Shown here piece by piece: positions 30,649-39,368 of a stretch of DNA of 60,820 nt. The notes beneath the pieces are model-generated. The model was not told the origin of the DNA. It was given only the letters and a program-made list of their open reading frames with translations, and did not search any database. Numbering within the stretch: position 1 is the first letter of the stretch; each line of letters begins with the position of its first letter. A program made the position numbers and the translations under genes. This DNA is from a virus (lineage: Duplodnaviria; Caudoviricetes), in IMG/VR virus record IMGVR_UViG_3300016667_000092, positions 1-60,820 of that record. One strand, 5' to 3'.

Positions 30649-30711
30649 GATTATCGGATTTTAATTGTTTGATTACTAAAATTTATTCGGTAATAACTAT
30701 TGAATTACCCA

Positions 30712-30936
30712 TTATTTTTCATCTTGATCCTGTACATCATTCTTATTGAAATAATCGATATCTCCCGTTAATTCTATCACTCTACTTTTGGCTTGCTCCT
30801 CAGTCTCGAATTCCTCCATAAACGGTTGACCACTAGATAACTTCTGCCCACTTATCAAATTTACGATAGCAAATATACTTTCGTTATTGTGGCATAAAAC
30901 CCATACGTCTTTGTCTGAATAACTAATCTCTTTCAT
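30712..30936 (-). CDS. Hypothetical protein
   Basis: MKEISYSD... directly follows the fibre gene. Confidence 0.5.
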   Translation of the reverse strand: MKEISYSDKDVWVLCHNNESIFAIVNLISGQKLSSGQPFMEEFETEEQAKSRVIELTGDIDYFNKNDVQDQDEK

Positions 30937-30941
30937 TATTT

Positions 30942-33900
30942 TTAGTTTGTTGTTACTATACATCCTCTTGCAACCAATGTTGCTTTTGCAGTATTACCTG
31001 TTGCGCTAGGAGCAGATGATGTTCCTGTAATAGTGATTACCCTGTTACTAAGCAAAGTAGTACCGTTTGTTCCATCTAGTTTTGCTAGTTGTACTAAAAT
31101 ATTGTCAACGCTCGCTTGATTCAATGCACAAGAACTCAAGTTAAAGTTTCCGGCATTTAAACCAACTCCGGCTGTACTTATTGTTTCAGCTCTTAATAAT
31201 GAAGTTCCAATATCAAAAGTAGTTAAATTTGGTGTTGTTGTCAATTGAATTATATTAACACTACCCGGATTAACTTGAACTATATTTGTAATTTTTGATA
31301 AATTAATAGTTGTTAAACTACTTGCAATAAGTTGTATAATGTTTTGATTTTGAGCTAGAGTACAATAAATGTTTTCTAATGCACTAAAATCTAATGTTTG
31401 AACATTTGGTTGGTTTATAGATATTGCTATATTGTTATTACTAATAAAAATATCTTTTAATTTAGGGAAACTATACGTTAAGATATTTGTATTTGTTCCC
31501 GATATACTAATTTGTCCGCCCAATGTCTTCAATTCAGGGAAATTAAAAACATTAACATTATTCCATATACTCAGATTAATATTACCCAAGATTATTTCTA
31601 ATTTAGGGAAATTTAAAGTAGTTAAAGACGTAGAGGTTACACTTAAAGCACCTCCAATAAGACCCTTTAAATTAGGAACGGTAAATGTTTGTATAGTACT
31701 ACTACTTATAGTAATACCTGCCCTTATGTACAATAAACTATTCGCAATAAAGTTTACCACATTATACGATGGAAGACCTAGAAGCCCTGTTATATTCCCT
31801 AAATTTAGTGTTGTACAAGTTGTCGGCAATGTTATACCAAACAATTCCCCATAAACATCACCAAAATTACATACCGTGCCATCAAGTAGTTGTACATTTA
31901 TTGAAGGATATCTTGCAAAGATATTATATGGAGGAGTGGGCAGACCAACAATAGTAACACCAAGAGTAGTTGCCGAAGCTGAATTTGCTTCTAATGCTAT
32001 TGTCCCATTATTTGCCGGCAAATTATAATTAAATGTTCCTGTTGCTACTGTAAAACTTCCCGAATTTCCGCTAGTATGAAACGAAATAAGTTGATTCCCG
32101 TCATCAACTTTCAAAAATGTTCCATTAATTGTTGAATTATAATCACCTAATGCATAGAATTGATTTAAAAAATCAAGTTTTAATCCTATATTATTACCTC
32201 CCATTATAGTCCTTATATCTTTAGAACTATCATCAATAAACAAATAACAAGCATTATAAGTATCATTGTAATCACCAATTGCAATATATCGCGAACTTGT
32301 ATAACAACTAATGCCGAAAGAGTCTATACTTAAATTATAAAATGAGTTTCCAAAATCTAAATATAATCCTTGATCGTTGCTATTCCATCTTGTAAATATT
32401 TTAGCAGCATTAGTTGTATCATCTACTATTAAACTTGTTCCGTGATTAGCGCCAAAGTCATAATCACCTAATTTGTAAGTATTATTTGCAAAATCAAGTT
32501 TTAATCCCTTGTCAGTACCGTTATTCTTAGTTAGTAATACTTGAGAAGTATCGTCAATACCTAGTGATGATCCATTATAAGAATAATTATAATCACCTAA
32601 ATAAACTTGTTTATTTACTCCATCATATACAACATATCCAAAATCATTTATTGGATCTCCTAACTTGTATTGACTATTTGCAAAATCAAGTTTTAATCCT
32701 TTATCAATACCTGCGTGTTGTGTGTAAATTTTTTCATTACCATCATCTATATATAACGATGTTCCAGCATTACCGCTACCATCGTAATTACCTATTTTAG
32801 TTAAACTTTGCGCTGTAAATAAAAATCCTCCGTTATTTGCAACATCACCAAATGAGTATGTACCATTATTATTTACAAAATCAAGCTTGAACCCTTTAAT
32901 ATCACTGCCATAACTTGTATTAATTACATCGTCACTAGATCCACTTCCAATGTGTAATTTAATTTCACTTCCAAAACTTCCGCTAAAATCACCAATCTCT
33001 ATATTACCATTGTTTCTATTTTCCAACAATCCCCATCCGTTTACGCTATCACCTAGCCAAAATTCATTATTGGCAAAATCAAGTTTTAATCCTTGTGTTA
33101 CTCCTGAATTATATGTTATAATTGCTTGTGCTGCATCTGAAATTTCTAAATATGTTAAATTATTAGGGTTATCATAATCAGAGTCGCCAATCCTTACATC
33201 CGTAAATCCCGGTGTCCCCATGACTCCAATTCCCTTGAACCAACCATCACCGGGCGAGCTGCTTTCCCCTATTACATACGCATTATCATCAAAAGAAAGC
33301 TTTAATCCTTTATCAACACTGCTATAAACAGTCTTAACTAAATTAGAACCATTATCATAAACCAATGATGTGTCTAGACTAGATAAACCTGACCATCTTG
33401 ATAAGTAATTTGTAGTACCTGTCCCTGTAACAGGATTAGTTAATGCAGCTTGGTACTGAGGAATATTAAGAGTACTCCCAATTAAAGTAGACGCACCACT
33501 TGTCCCTGTAGTAGTTAAAGTAATTGCGTTCTGTTTATTATTAAATGTACTCCAATCAGCAGCACTTAAAGCTCCTCGATTAGTAGCACTTGCCGTAGGA
33601 ACATTTAATGTAATAACAGGAGTAGTTGACCCGTTAGCGACAGAGGAACTTAAATCAGTACCCGATGTTCCTAATGTCAAAGAAGCAACACTTGTTACAG
33701 TACCAACATTCCAAGTCCTATCGGCAGACAAGTCTTGAGCAGTTCCATTAATAGTAATTGTTCTTGTTAAAGGAACACCCCCCAATCCGCTAAGAGTATA
33801 CTCAGGGATGTTCAACGTGGCTCCAACAAGAGTTGCAGCTCCGCTGCTTCCTGTAGTAGTAAGCGTTAATGGGTCTTGATAAGGAAGATCACTCACCAAC

Positions 33901-34001
33901 ACCTTTACATTCAAACTAGACAATGTATCATAACCAACCAAGTAGGTGGTAGCATCAGGGGTTGTATCTGCGAGGAACTGTGAAAATTTTACGTTTGCCA
34001 T
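30942..34001 (-). CDS. Tail fibre/receptor-binding protein with internal repeats and LRR-like C-terminus
   Basis: Repeats of LTTTG.SGA.TL.G.TLNIP.Y and KGLKLDF.N..Y.LGD; F(P)xLxxI LRR-like units; AT-rich distal part. Confidence 0.75.
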   Translation of the reverse strand: MANVKFSQFLADTTPDATTYLVGYDTLSSLNVKVLVSDLPYQDPLTLTTTGSSGAATLVGATLNIPEYTLSGLGGVPLTRTITINGTAQDLSADRTWNVGTVTSVASLTLGTSGTDLSSSVANGSTTPVITLNVPTASATNRGALSAADWSTFNNKQNAITLTTTGTSGASTLIGSTLNIPQYQAALTNPVTGTGTTNYLSRWSGLSSLDTSLVYDNGSNLVKTVYSSVDKGLKLSFDDNAYVIGESSSPGDGWFKGIGVMGTPGFTDVRIGDSDYDNPNNLTYLEISDAAQAIITYNSGVTQGLKLDFANNEFWLGDSVNGWGLLENRNNGNIEIGDFSGSFGSEIKLHIGSGSSDDVINTSYGSDIKGFKLDFVNNNGTYSFGDVANNGGFLFTAQSLTKIGNYDGSGNAGTSLYIDDGNEKIYTQHAGIDKGLKLDFANSQYKLGDPINDFGYVVYDGVNKQVYLGDYNYSYNGSSLGIDDTSQVLLTKNNGTDKGLKLDFANNTYKLGDYDFGANHGTSLIVDDTTNAAKIFTRWNSNDQGLYLDFGNSFYNLSIDSFGISCYTSSRYIAIGDYNDTYNACYLFIDDSSKDIRTIMGGNNIGLKLDFLNQFYALGDYNSTINGTFLKVDDGNQLISFHTSGNSGSFTVATGTFNYNLPANNGTIALEANSASATTLGVTIVGLPTPPYNIFARYPSINVQLLDGTVCNFGDVYGELFGITLPTTCTTLNLGNITGLLGLPSYNVVNFIANSLLYIRAGITISSSTIQTFTVPNLKGLIGGALSVTSTSLTTLNFPKLEIILGNINLSIWNNVNVFNFPELKTLGGQISISGTNTNILTYSFPKLKDIFISNNNIAISINQPNVQTLDFSALENIYCTLAQNQNIIQLIASSLTTINLSKITNIVQVNPGSVNIIQLTTTPNLTTFDIGTSLLRAETISTAGVGLNAGNFNLSSCALNQASVDNILVQLAKLDGTNGTTLLSNRVITITGTSSAPSATGNTAKATLVARGCIVTTN

Positions 34002-34011
34002 TTATTATCTT

Positions 34012-34179
34012 TTAATACTCTGTTATCATTCTATCAAATCCATTCTCGGATACTAAATACTCTAACACCATATCCTCAGATATAATGAAGTTAGGGACGG
34101 GTGGTGGAGGCGCAACAGCATCCTCCAAATCACCGACAATGTCAATGCCTATCTTTATTACTAGTCCCTGATTTAACAT
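34012..34179 (-). CDS. Small structural protein (55 aa, not in ORF track)
   Basis: MLNQGLVIKIGIDIVG...FIISED..LEYLVSENGFDRMITEY*; fills the gap between genes. Confidence 0.6.
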   Translation of the reverse strand: MLNQGLVIKIGIDIVGDLEDAVAPPPPVPNFIISEDMVLEYLVSENGFDRMITEY

Positions 34180-34180
34180 A

Positions 34181-34648
34181 TTACCAAAGAGCTACAATGT
34201 TTGTTGCACTACTTGAATCCAAAACCTGTACTACCTGAACGGGTAAGAACTGACCCGCAAGCACCGCTGCAAATTGAACAGTGTCTCCACCTGCAGTAAC
34301 CACATCTAATGCTCCTGCAGTCCCAACGTATAACACACACCCACTGTTACCATTACCTGCGTATATAGTATAAGACTTACCTGTCAATAAGAAGATGTCG
34401 TCATTAAGCTCAATCACAGTCTCACTTAATACTTTCACAACAGTGGCAGCCGTCTTATCAACTGTATTATAAACAATGTCTCCTGTCATTACGTTATCAG
34501 TAATGAATGTAGCAGCAGAATCAACCAACTGATTAGCTACAACACTATCATTAACGCCTGAAGTGGTAACAGCAGGGAAAGGAATCTGCGCATAGTTTGA
34601 AGGGATTACCTCCAATGCTCTAGATACTTGTATTTTTTGAGTTGCCAT
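34181..34648 (-). CDS. Head decoration/spike-base-like protein (RcGTA Rcc01079-like C-terminus)
   Basis: VLYVGTAG.L.VVTAGGD.V.F..V.AG.FLPVQV..V...ATNIVALW. Confidence 0.6.
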   Translation of the reverse strand: MATQKIQVSRALEVIPSNYAQIPFPAVTTSGVNDSVVANQLVDSAATFITDNVMTGDIVYNTVDKTAATVVKVLSETVIELNDDIFLLTGKSYTIYAGNGNSGCVLYVGTAGALDVVTAGGDTVQFAAVLAGQFLPVQVVQVLDSSSATNIVALW

Positions 34649-34651
34649 TTA

Positions 34652-34825
34652 TTATTTTTTTTCTGTGTATGGGAACATTCTGTTTAATGTATCTTTTCTT
34701 TTACCGCAGCCACAGTCTTTTCCCACAGAACTAGCAACTGCTGTTACAACTTTTTTAATTCCTGTAGCTGTGGTGATCTTCTCGATCGTGTCACCCAAGC
34801 CTTTACTTTTTTCGGTTAATTTCAT
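34652..34825 (-). CDS. Small conserved phage protein (57 aa)
   Basis: MKLTEKSKGLGDTIEKITTATGIKKVV...DCGCGKRKDTLNRMFPY. Confidence 0.7.
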   Translation of the reverse strand: MKLTEKSKGLGDTIEKITTATGIKKVVTAVASSVGKDCGCGKRKDTLNRMFPYTEKK

Positions 34826-34977
34826 TTTGATTTCTTTTTTCCGGCATTAGCCATTTTTTGAAACTGTGTCTTCCCGTATTTCTTACGACCAATAGCAGCA
34901 GTGATGGCATTTGCTCTCTTCTCAGAGATGCCTTGCTTCTTTTGAATCTTCTCGCTTAGTTTAGTAAACTTGCTCAT
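34822..34977 (-). CDS. Small basic protein (51 aa)
   Basis: MSKFTKLSEKIQKKQG...AAIGRKKYGK..FQKMANAGKKKSK; ATGA overlap with next gene. Confidence 0.7.
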   Translation of the reverse strand: MSKFTKLSEKIQKKQGISEKRANAITAAIGRKKYGKTQFQKMANAGKKKSK

Positions 34978-35004
34978 AGTTGCAAAGTTATTGATTATTA
35001 TGAC

Positions 35005-35340
35005 CTATATTTTAGATACTCTTTTACCCATTCCTACTCTAGACTTCTCAGCCTTCTTAGCAGCAAGGGTAGAGGCACTTATCTCAGACTTAGTCTTTGG
35101 TGTCTTTGAAGAGACTCTCTTAGTTGGACGACAGTACTCGTTCTTTCCTCCCGCACCACAGGCTTTACCTGTACGGGTGTCGACCCACTTCTCCTTCTCC
35201 CATCTTTTTAATGAACTACCTTTCTCGGTCTTGCGAACTGAGCCTGACTCCTTCCTGCACTTGGCAATTGCTTGAGACGCTCTCGCTGAGGGGAACACAT
35301 CATACTGCGCCTTGACTTTTTTATAGCAAGCGTCTTTCAT
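35005..35340 (-). CDS. Basic protein (DUF5872-like)
   Basis: KDACYKKVKA.Y.VFPSA; LKRW.KEKWVD...GK.CG; YCRP.KRVS. Confidence 0.7.
   Translation of the reverse strand: MKDACYKKVKAQYDVFPSARASQAIAKCRKESGSVRKTEKGSSLKRWEKEKWVDTRTGKACGAGGKNEYCRPTKRVSSKTPKTKSEISASTLAAKKAEKSRVGMGKRVSKI
35100..35115. repeat. 16-bp palindromic motif, 1-mismatch variant (intragenic)
   Basis: GTGTCTTTGAAGAGAC. Confidence 0.7.
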
Positions 35341-35630
35341 TAATACTTACCCCTCTTACTTTTAGGACTAGCTTTGGTAGAACCACCGGGCCCTGCCCAT
35401 AGATTCTTACAGGCCCAATATCTTGGAGTTAACTTATCAGTGGCTGTCTCACATTTGTGTCGAGCCTTGAATGACTTACGTGCTGCTGCGGAATAGTTGT
35501 GACCATAGCCCTTAGCACCGAAGTGAAGGAGTTTCTCCTCCCCTCCGGCACAGGCTTTAACCATCTTCTTCTTACCGGGTCGGTCAGAAGCGACAGGTCG
35601 GTTACATTTCATCGAAGCTTTGTTAGCCAT
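35340..35630 (-). CDS. Small basic conserved phage protein
   Basis: KLLHFGAKGY, ARKSFKARHKC, YWACKNLW. Confidence 0.7.
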   Translation of the reverse strand: MANKASMKCNRPVASDRPGKKKMVKACAGGEEKLLHFGAKGYGHNYSAAARKSFKARHKCETATDKLTPRYWACKNLWAGPGGSTKASPKSKRGKY

Positions 35631-35800
35631 TACTTCTTACCCATTTTCTTGGACATAGACTTCTTAGCTCCCTTAACAAGAGACTTAGCAATCTTGCTTC
35701 CTCCAATTTTCAACATCTTAGGAGAAGATCCTTTAGATGCAGGAGGATTAAGAATAGATGCCTTAGGAAGTCCTGATCCTTTTGCTACTACGTTTTTCAT
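35630..35800 (-). CDS. Lys-rich small protein (56 aa)
   Basis: MKNVVAKGSGLPK...KKSMSKKMGKK*; its stop overlaps the next start. Confidence 0.6.
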   Translation of the reverse strand: MKNVVAKGSGLPKASILNPPASKGSSPKMLKIGGSKIAKSLVKGAKKSMSKKMGKK

Positions 35801-35811
35801 TTTTTTTGTTT

Positions 35812-35883
35812 TTACTTTTTTGATTTTGGTTTACCTACTGCTGCCTGCACTTTCACTGTGCAAGGTGTACTTGATGGTTTCAT
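35812..35883 (-). CDS. Tiny basic peptide (23 aa)
   Basis: MKPSSTPCTVKVQAAVGKPKSKK*; ATGA coupling to upstream gene. Confidence 0.45.
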   Translation of the reverse strand: MKPSSTPCTVKVQAAVGKPKSKK

Positions 35884-36116
35884 ATTTTTGGAGTTGATGA
35901 TGAACCTAATGATTTTAATCCTGCAACGCCTTTAAGTCTCGCTGCATTAGCAACACGGCTTTTCATTGTAGACAAAGTTTTCTTTGTACCTTCAGGACCG
36001 TCCCACTTCTTAGACAATCTGTCGATGACAGTGTTGCGGAAGTTGAGATCCTCGTAGGTAAGTGCTGTCTTCTTTTCTTTCTGCTCAGCAACCTTCTTTT
36101 CTTTTTGATCAGCCAT
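35880..36116 (-). CDS. Basic hypothetical protein
   Basis: MADQKEKKVAEQKEKK...; TACTTTTG promoter at 36137-36144. Confidence 0.55.
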   Translation of the reverse strand: MADQKEKKVAEQKEKKTALTYEDLNFRNTVIDRLSKKWDGPEGTKKTLSTMKSRVANAARLKGVAGLKSLGSSSTPKI

Positions 36117-36158
36117 TGTACTATTTTTGCTCATTACAAAAGTAATAAATTAAATCAA

Positions 36159-36626
36159 ATGAAATCAGACTACCTCAAGTATTGGAGAGTCGTTCGCTAT
36201 TACGTAAAGGCTAAGTACGGGATATCTCAAGCAGACCTTGAGTTCCTGCTGTTCCTATACTCAGAGTCCTACTTCAGTAAGGACAAGTTCCGTGAGTTCG
36301 ACAAGCTGATATCATGGGATAGGCACAGGTTCGATCGCCTGCGCCAAGAAGGATGGATAGGTGTGTTCAGACCTAGAAAGGGGAAACGCAAAGCCCTGTA
36401 CGAGCTTACCTACAAATCAACTAGAATGATTCAGTCCGTATACAAAAAATTGAATGGGGATGAGATACCCACTGACTTAGGAAACAACCCCCTGTTCTAC
36501 AAGAATGTGAAGAGCACCGACAAGATATATCGGAACATGATCCTTCAGATGAACGAGTACGTCCGAAAGAATAACAAAGAAAAAAGGATGAAGCCTCAGA
36601 CTACAACCACCACATCCCTTTCCTGA
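36159..36626 (+). CDS. Winged-helix (MarR-like) DNA-binding protein
   Basis: YGISQADLEFLLFLY...FDRLRQEGWI.VF....KALYELT; only plus-strand gene in the late arm; TATTTTTG at 36122-36129. Confidence 0.65.
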   Translation: MKSDYLKYWRVVRYYVKAKYGISQADLEFLLFLYSESYFSKDKFREFDKLISWDRHRFDRLRQEGWIGVFRPRKGKRKALYELTYKSTRMIQSVYKKLNGDEIPTDLGNNPLFYKNVKSTDKIYRNMILQMNEYVRKNNKEKRMKPQTTTTTSLS

Positions 36627-36856
36627 ATCACAGTATAGGTCTCGTTCCCAATCATCATAGAGAACCCGTGACCCTTATCGTAATAGATCACGTCTCCCTC
36701 GTTGATGTTGTTCACATCTGTGCCGGGCTTGACCACCTTTGCCTTTTGGTATCTAAAGCTTTTGGCATCCTCTGCCGACAGTAGCAGACCTGAGTTGGTC
36801 TTCACCTCCTCGTCCTTGATCTCCGTGATTACAATGTACTTACCTATTGGTTTCAT
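36596..36856 (-). CDS. groES: Co-chaperonin GroES
   Basis: MKPIGKYIVI, KTNSGLLL mobile loop, KVVKPG, GDVIYY, IQERDVVVVV. Confidence 0.85.
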   Translation of the reverse strand: MKPIGKYIVITEIKDEEVKTNSGLLLSAEDAKSFRYQKAKVVKPGTDVNNINEGDVIYYDKGHGFSMMIGNETYTVIQERDVVVVV

Positions 36857-37137
36857 AATGTATTAGATTCATCGTCAATATCAAAGTGGTCCTCCACGAA
36901 TATGGGAGTTCTGTCCCCAAAGTCAACATCCTTCAGGCTGTACTCCACAAAGTCTACCGCGTCCATGTAGTCATAGCCTTTGTCCACAAGTATCTGTATG
37001 CACTTCTTCACCGAGTATACCAACACTAAAGTCTCAGCTTCTACCCCAATGACCGCATCGTCAAAACCCTCAGGCTTGATGAACAACTCATCGGGATAGA
37101 AGTCCACGATCTTAGACAGTAGCGTTTGCTTGCTCAT
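36853..37137 (-). CDS. Conserved hypothetical protein
   Basis: GFDDAVIGV...LVYS.KKCI.IL...AVDF..Y...G.RTPIFV. Confidence 0.65.
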   Translation of the reverse strand: MSKQTLLSKIVDFYPDELFIKPEGFDDAVIGVEAETLVLVYSVKKCIQILVDKGYDYMDAVDFVEYSLKDVDFGDRTPIFVEDHFDIDDESNTL

Positions 37138-38740
37138 AGCTTCTTGCCATTGTGATGATAGCATTAGTTGATAGTATCGTGGTAGCCACACTCACCGCGT
37201 TTTGCAAAGCTGAGCGTGTCACCTTCAGCGGATCAATGACACCCATCTCAATGAGGTCACCCATCTGTCCTGTCTTCAGGTTATACCCATGACCCACAGG
37301 AACCTCGCCATTGTAGACAGCACTTGGTTTAAGTCCTGCGTTTATTAGTATCTGTTGGAACGGAGCCATGAGCGCACTAACTAAAATCTGAAGTGCCACC
37401 TGATGTTCAACACTTTTTTTCACCTCATCGATAGTTGAATACAACTCAGCACTCTCATCAAGCAAAGCCTTACCCGCACCGGGAAGTATACCTTCCTCAA
37501 GCGCAGAGCGCACCGCACACACCGCATCGTCAACACGGTCGTACAACTCCTTCTGCTCAAGATCAGTGTTTCCACCTACGTAGATTACACCAATGCCTCC
37601 TGTCAGAGAAGCAATACGCTCAAGGATGAAGTCCTTGTCCTGCTTCTTCACCGCCTCACCATGCGCCTTCCAAAGCTGAGCCACCCTCTCCTCAATCTTC
37701 GCCTCGTCAACTTTCTTGTCACTCTTCAAGATGATGGTCTTGTCCTTACCCACCACCACCTTAGCAGCATGACCTAGATCAGCGTAAGTAATTATACTTA
37801 GATCATCGCCCGTCTTCTCGCTGAAGTAAGTAGCACCAACACTCACCGCAATGTCCTGCATCAGCTCGTGCTGACGGTACCCAAAGCTAGGAGGTTGTAT
37901 GGCGCATATCTTCAAGTTGTTCTTAAGCACGTTGGCAGCTAAAGTATTCACCACGTTCTTGTGGCAAGGGGATATGATCAGAAGCTTCTTACCCTCTTGG
38001 ATGATTGGCTTCAGTACGTTCTCAATCTGAAGTATGTTGGCAATCTCAATGTCAGCCACTAGCACCATCACATCCTCAAGCACACACTCGTCTCTTCCCT
38101 GATCGTTGATGAACAGCGGACTGAGGTAGCCCCTGTCAACCTTCAACCCTTTAGTGGTCTCGGCATAGGTCTCAAAGCTCTGAGACTTCTCCACCGTCAC
38201 AATACCTTGACGGCCCACGTCCTGATATACCTCAGCAATAATCCTTCCAATCGAAGGGTCGTTGTTGGCAGAGATGGTCGCCACATCCAACATCATGTCA
38301 TCGCTAAGCTCTCTACTCTTGGCCTTCAACTTCTCCACCACCGTATCGGATAACTCCACCAACGATCTCAACACCTCGGTCACATTGTGCCCTTCTTTGA
38401 TGTGATCAAGACCCGACAGTACCAACGCCTCAGTCAGAACGATCGCGGTCGTAGTGCCGTCGCCTGCGCTTGTAGCGGTACGCTCAGATGCCTCCTTCAT
38501 AATCTTCACCGCCAAGTTCTCGACAGGGTCAATTAGATCAACAGCCTTCGCAACTGTGACACCATCCTTTGTAACCGTAATGCCGTGTGTGTGATTAGGA
38601 GCCTCAATCAAAACTGTGTTACCGCTAGGACCTAGCGTACTCTTCACAGCCTTGGCAATCTTCTTGATGCCTGTAACAAGCTTGGCTCGCCCGTTTGAAT
38701 CGAAGTGCAACTCCTTCGGTGAATAGCCCATTGAATCCAT
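37112..38740 (-). CDS. groEL: Chaperonin GroEL
   Basis: VKSTLGP.G, TKDGVTVAK, AGDGTTTA, EEGILPG.G, GVIDPLKVTRSALQNA. Confidence 0.95.
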   Translation of the reverse strand: MDSMGYSPKELHFDSNGRAKLVTGIKKIAKAVKSTLGPSGNTVLIEAPNHTHGITVTKDGVTVAKAVDLIDPVENLAVKIMKEASERTATSAGDGTTTAIVLTEALVLSGLDHIKEGHNVTEVLRSLVELSDTVVEKLKAKSRELSDDMMLDVATISANNDPSIGRIIAEVYQDVGRQGIVTVEKSQSFETYAETTKGLKVDRGYLSPLFINDQGRDECVLEDVMVLVADIEIANILQIENVLKPIIQEGKKLLIISPCHKNVVNTLAANVLKNNLKICAIQPPSFGYRQHELMQDIAVSVGATYFSEKTGDDLSIITYADLGHAAKVVVGKDKTIILKSDKKVDEAKIEERVAQLWKAHGEAVKKQDKDFILERIASLTGGIGVIYVGGNTDLEQKELYDRVDDAVCAVRSALEEGILPGAGKALLDESAELYSTIDEVKKSVEHQVALQILVSALMAPFQQILINAGLKPSAVYNGEVPVGHGYNLKTGQMGDLIEMGVIDPLKVTRSALQNAVSVATTILSTNAIITMARSYEQANATV

Positions 38741-38760
38741 AGTAGATTTAATTTAAGACC

Positions 38761-38768
38761 CAAAGATA
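38761..38768 (-). promoter_or_regulatory. Bacteroidota -7 element for groEL
   Basis: TATCTTTG 21 nt upstream of ATG. Confidence 0.6.
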
Positions 38769-38770
38769 CA

Positions 38771-38786
38771 AGTTTCACGTGAAACT
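38771..38786. promoter_or_regulatory. parS-like palindrome
   Basis: AGTTTCACGTGAAACT, perfect palindrome; central 14 bp identical to canonical parS TGTTTCACGTGAAACA. Confidence 0.65.
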
Positions 38787-39081
38787 AAAAATATCCATCC
38801 TGCAACGGATCTGACTCTTGATCGTCAACCCTACGATAACCCTCCCTCCACAAAACATTGATGAGGTCAATACTCATCCTCTCCACCTCTTCCTCACTCG
38901 CCTTCGGAAGTAACAGGTGTATCACCTCATGAGTCAGGATCTCCAAATGCTTCTTCCCCTTCAGCTTCTCATCCAACTCAATCAAGAGCTTGCTCTCATC
39001 AGCAAGACCCCACACATTCTTATTGCCTAGCTTAAGCTTCTTTAAATACTTCACCCTTATTCTTCGTCTTCGTTTAGCCAT
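38785..39081 (-). CDS. Small HExxH metallopeptidase-like protein
   Basis: WGLA...IELD..L...HLEILTHEVIH. Confidence 0.6.
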   Translation of the reverse strand: MAKRRRRIRVKYLKKLKLGNKNVWGLADESKLLIELDEKLKGKKHLEILTHEVIHLLLPKASEEEVERMSIDLINVLWREGYRRVDDQESDPLQDGYF

Positions 39082-39110
39082 AGCACCTCAAATATACCAA
39101 ACAAATAGCT

Positions 39111-39262
39111 CATGTCGGAATGTCAAACTTCTTCCTTCCCTACTCTCTCTCTATATTCCCTTTATATATATATTTTTTTCCCACTAGAAACCTTCTTTAA
39201 AATCGACATTTTCGACATTACTATTAATAATCAATTATTTAGATCTTTCAAATCGACATAAA
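39111..39262. promoter_or_regulatory. Origin-like element 1 (TGTC/CGACA boxes flanking an AT-rich spacer)
   Basis: TGTCGGAATGTCA...TTAAAATCGACATTTTCGACAT...TAATCAATTA...AATCGACAT. Confidence 0.55.
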
Positions 39263-39311
39263 ATCAGGAATAAATAATAAATAATCTATCATAGTAAAAG
39301 AAAATCGGGAA

Positions 39312-39343
39312 TAAAAAGGGGGCAACTAGAAAGAAGCCCCCCT
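39312..39343 (-). terminator. Intrinsic terminator
   Basis: G/C-run stem (GGGGGGC...GCCCCCC) followed by T-tract on minus strand. Confidence 0.65.
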
Positions 39344-39368
39344 CACTAAACCTAAACTATGAAAACAA

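Noticed and set aside
30942-34001. Diversity-generating retroelement targeting the fibre
   Set aside because: No reverse transcriptase and no adenine-specific TR/VR pair seen; the terminal allele differences are not A-specific either
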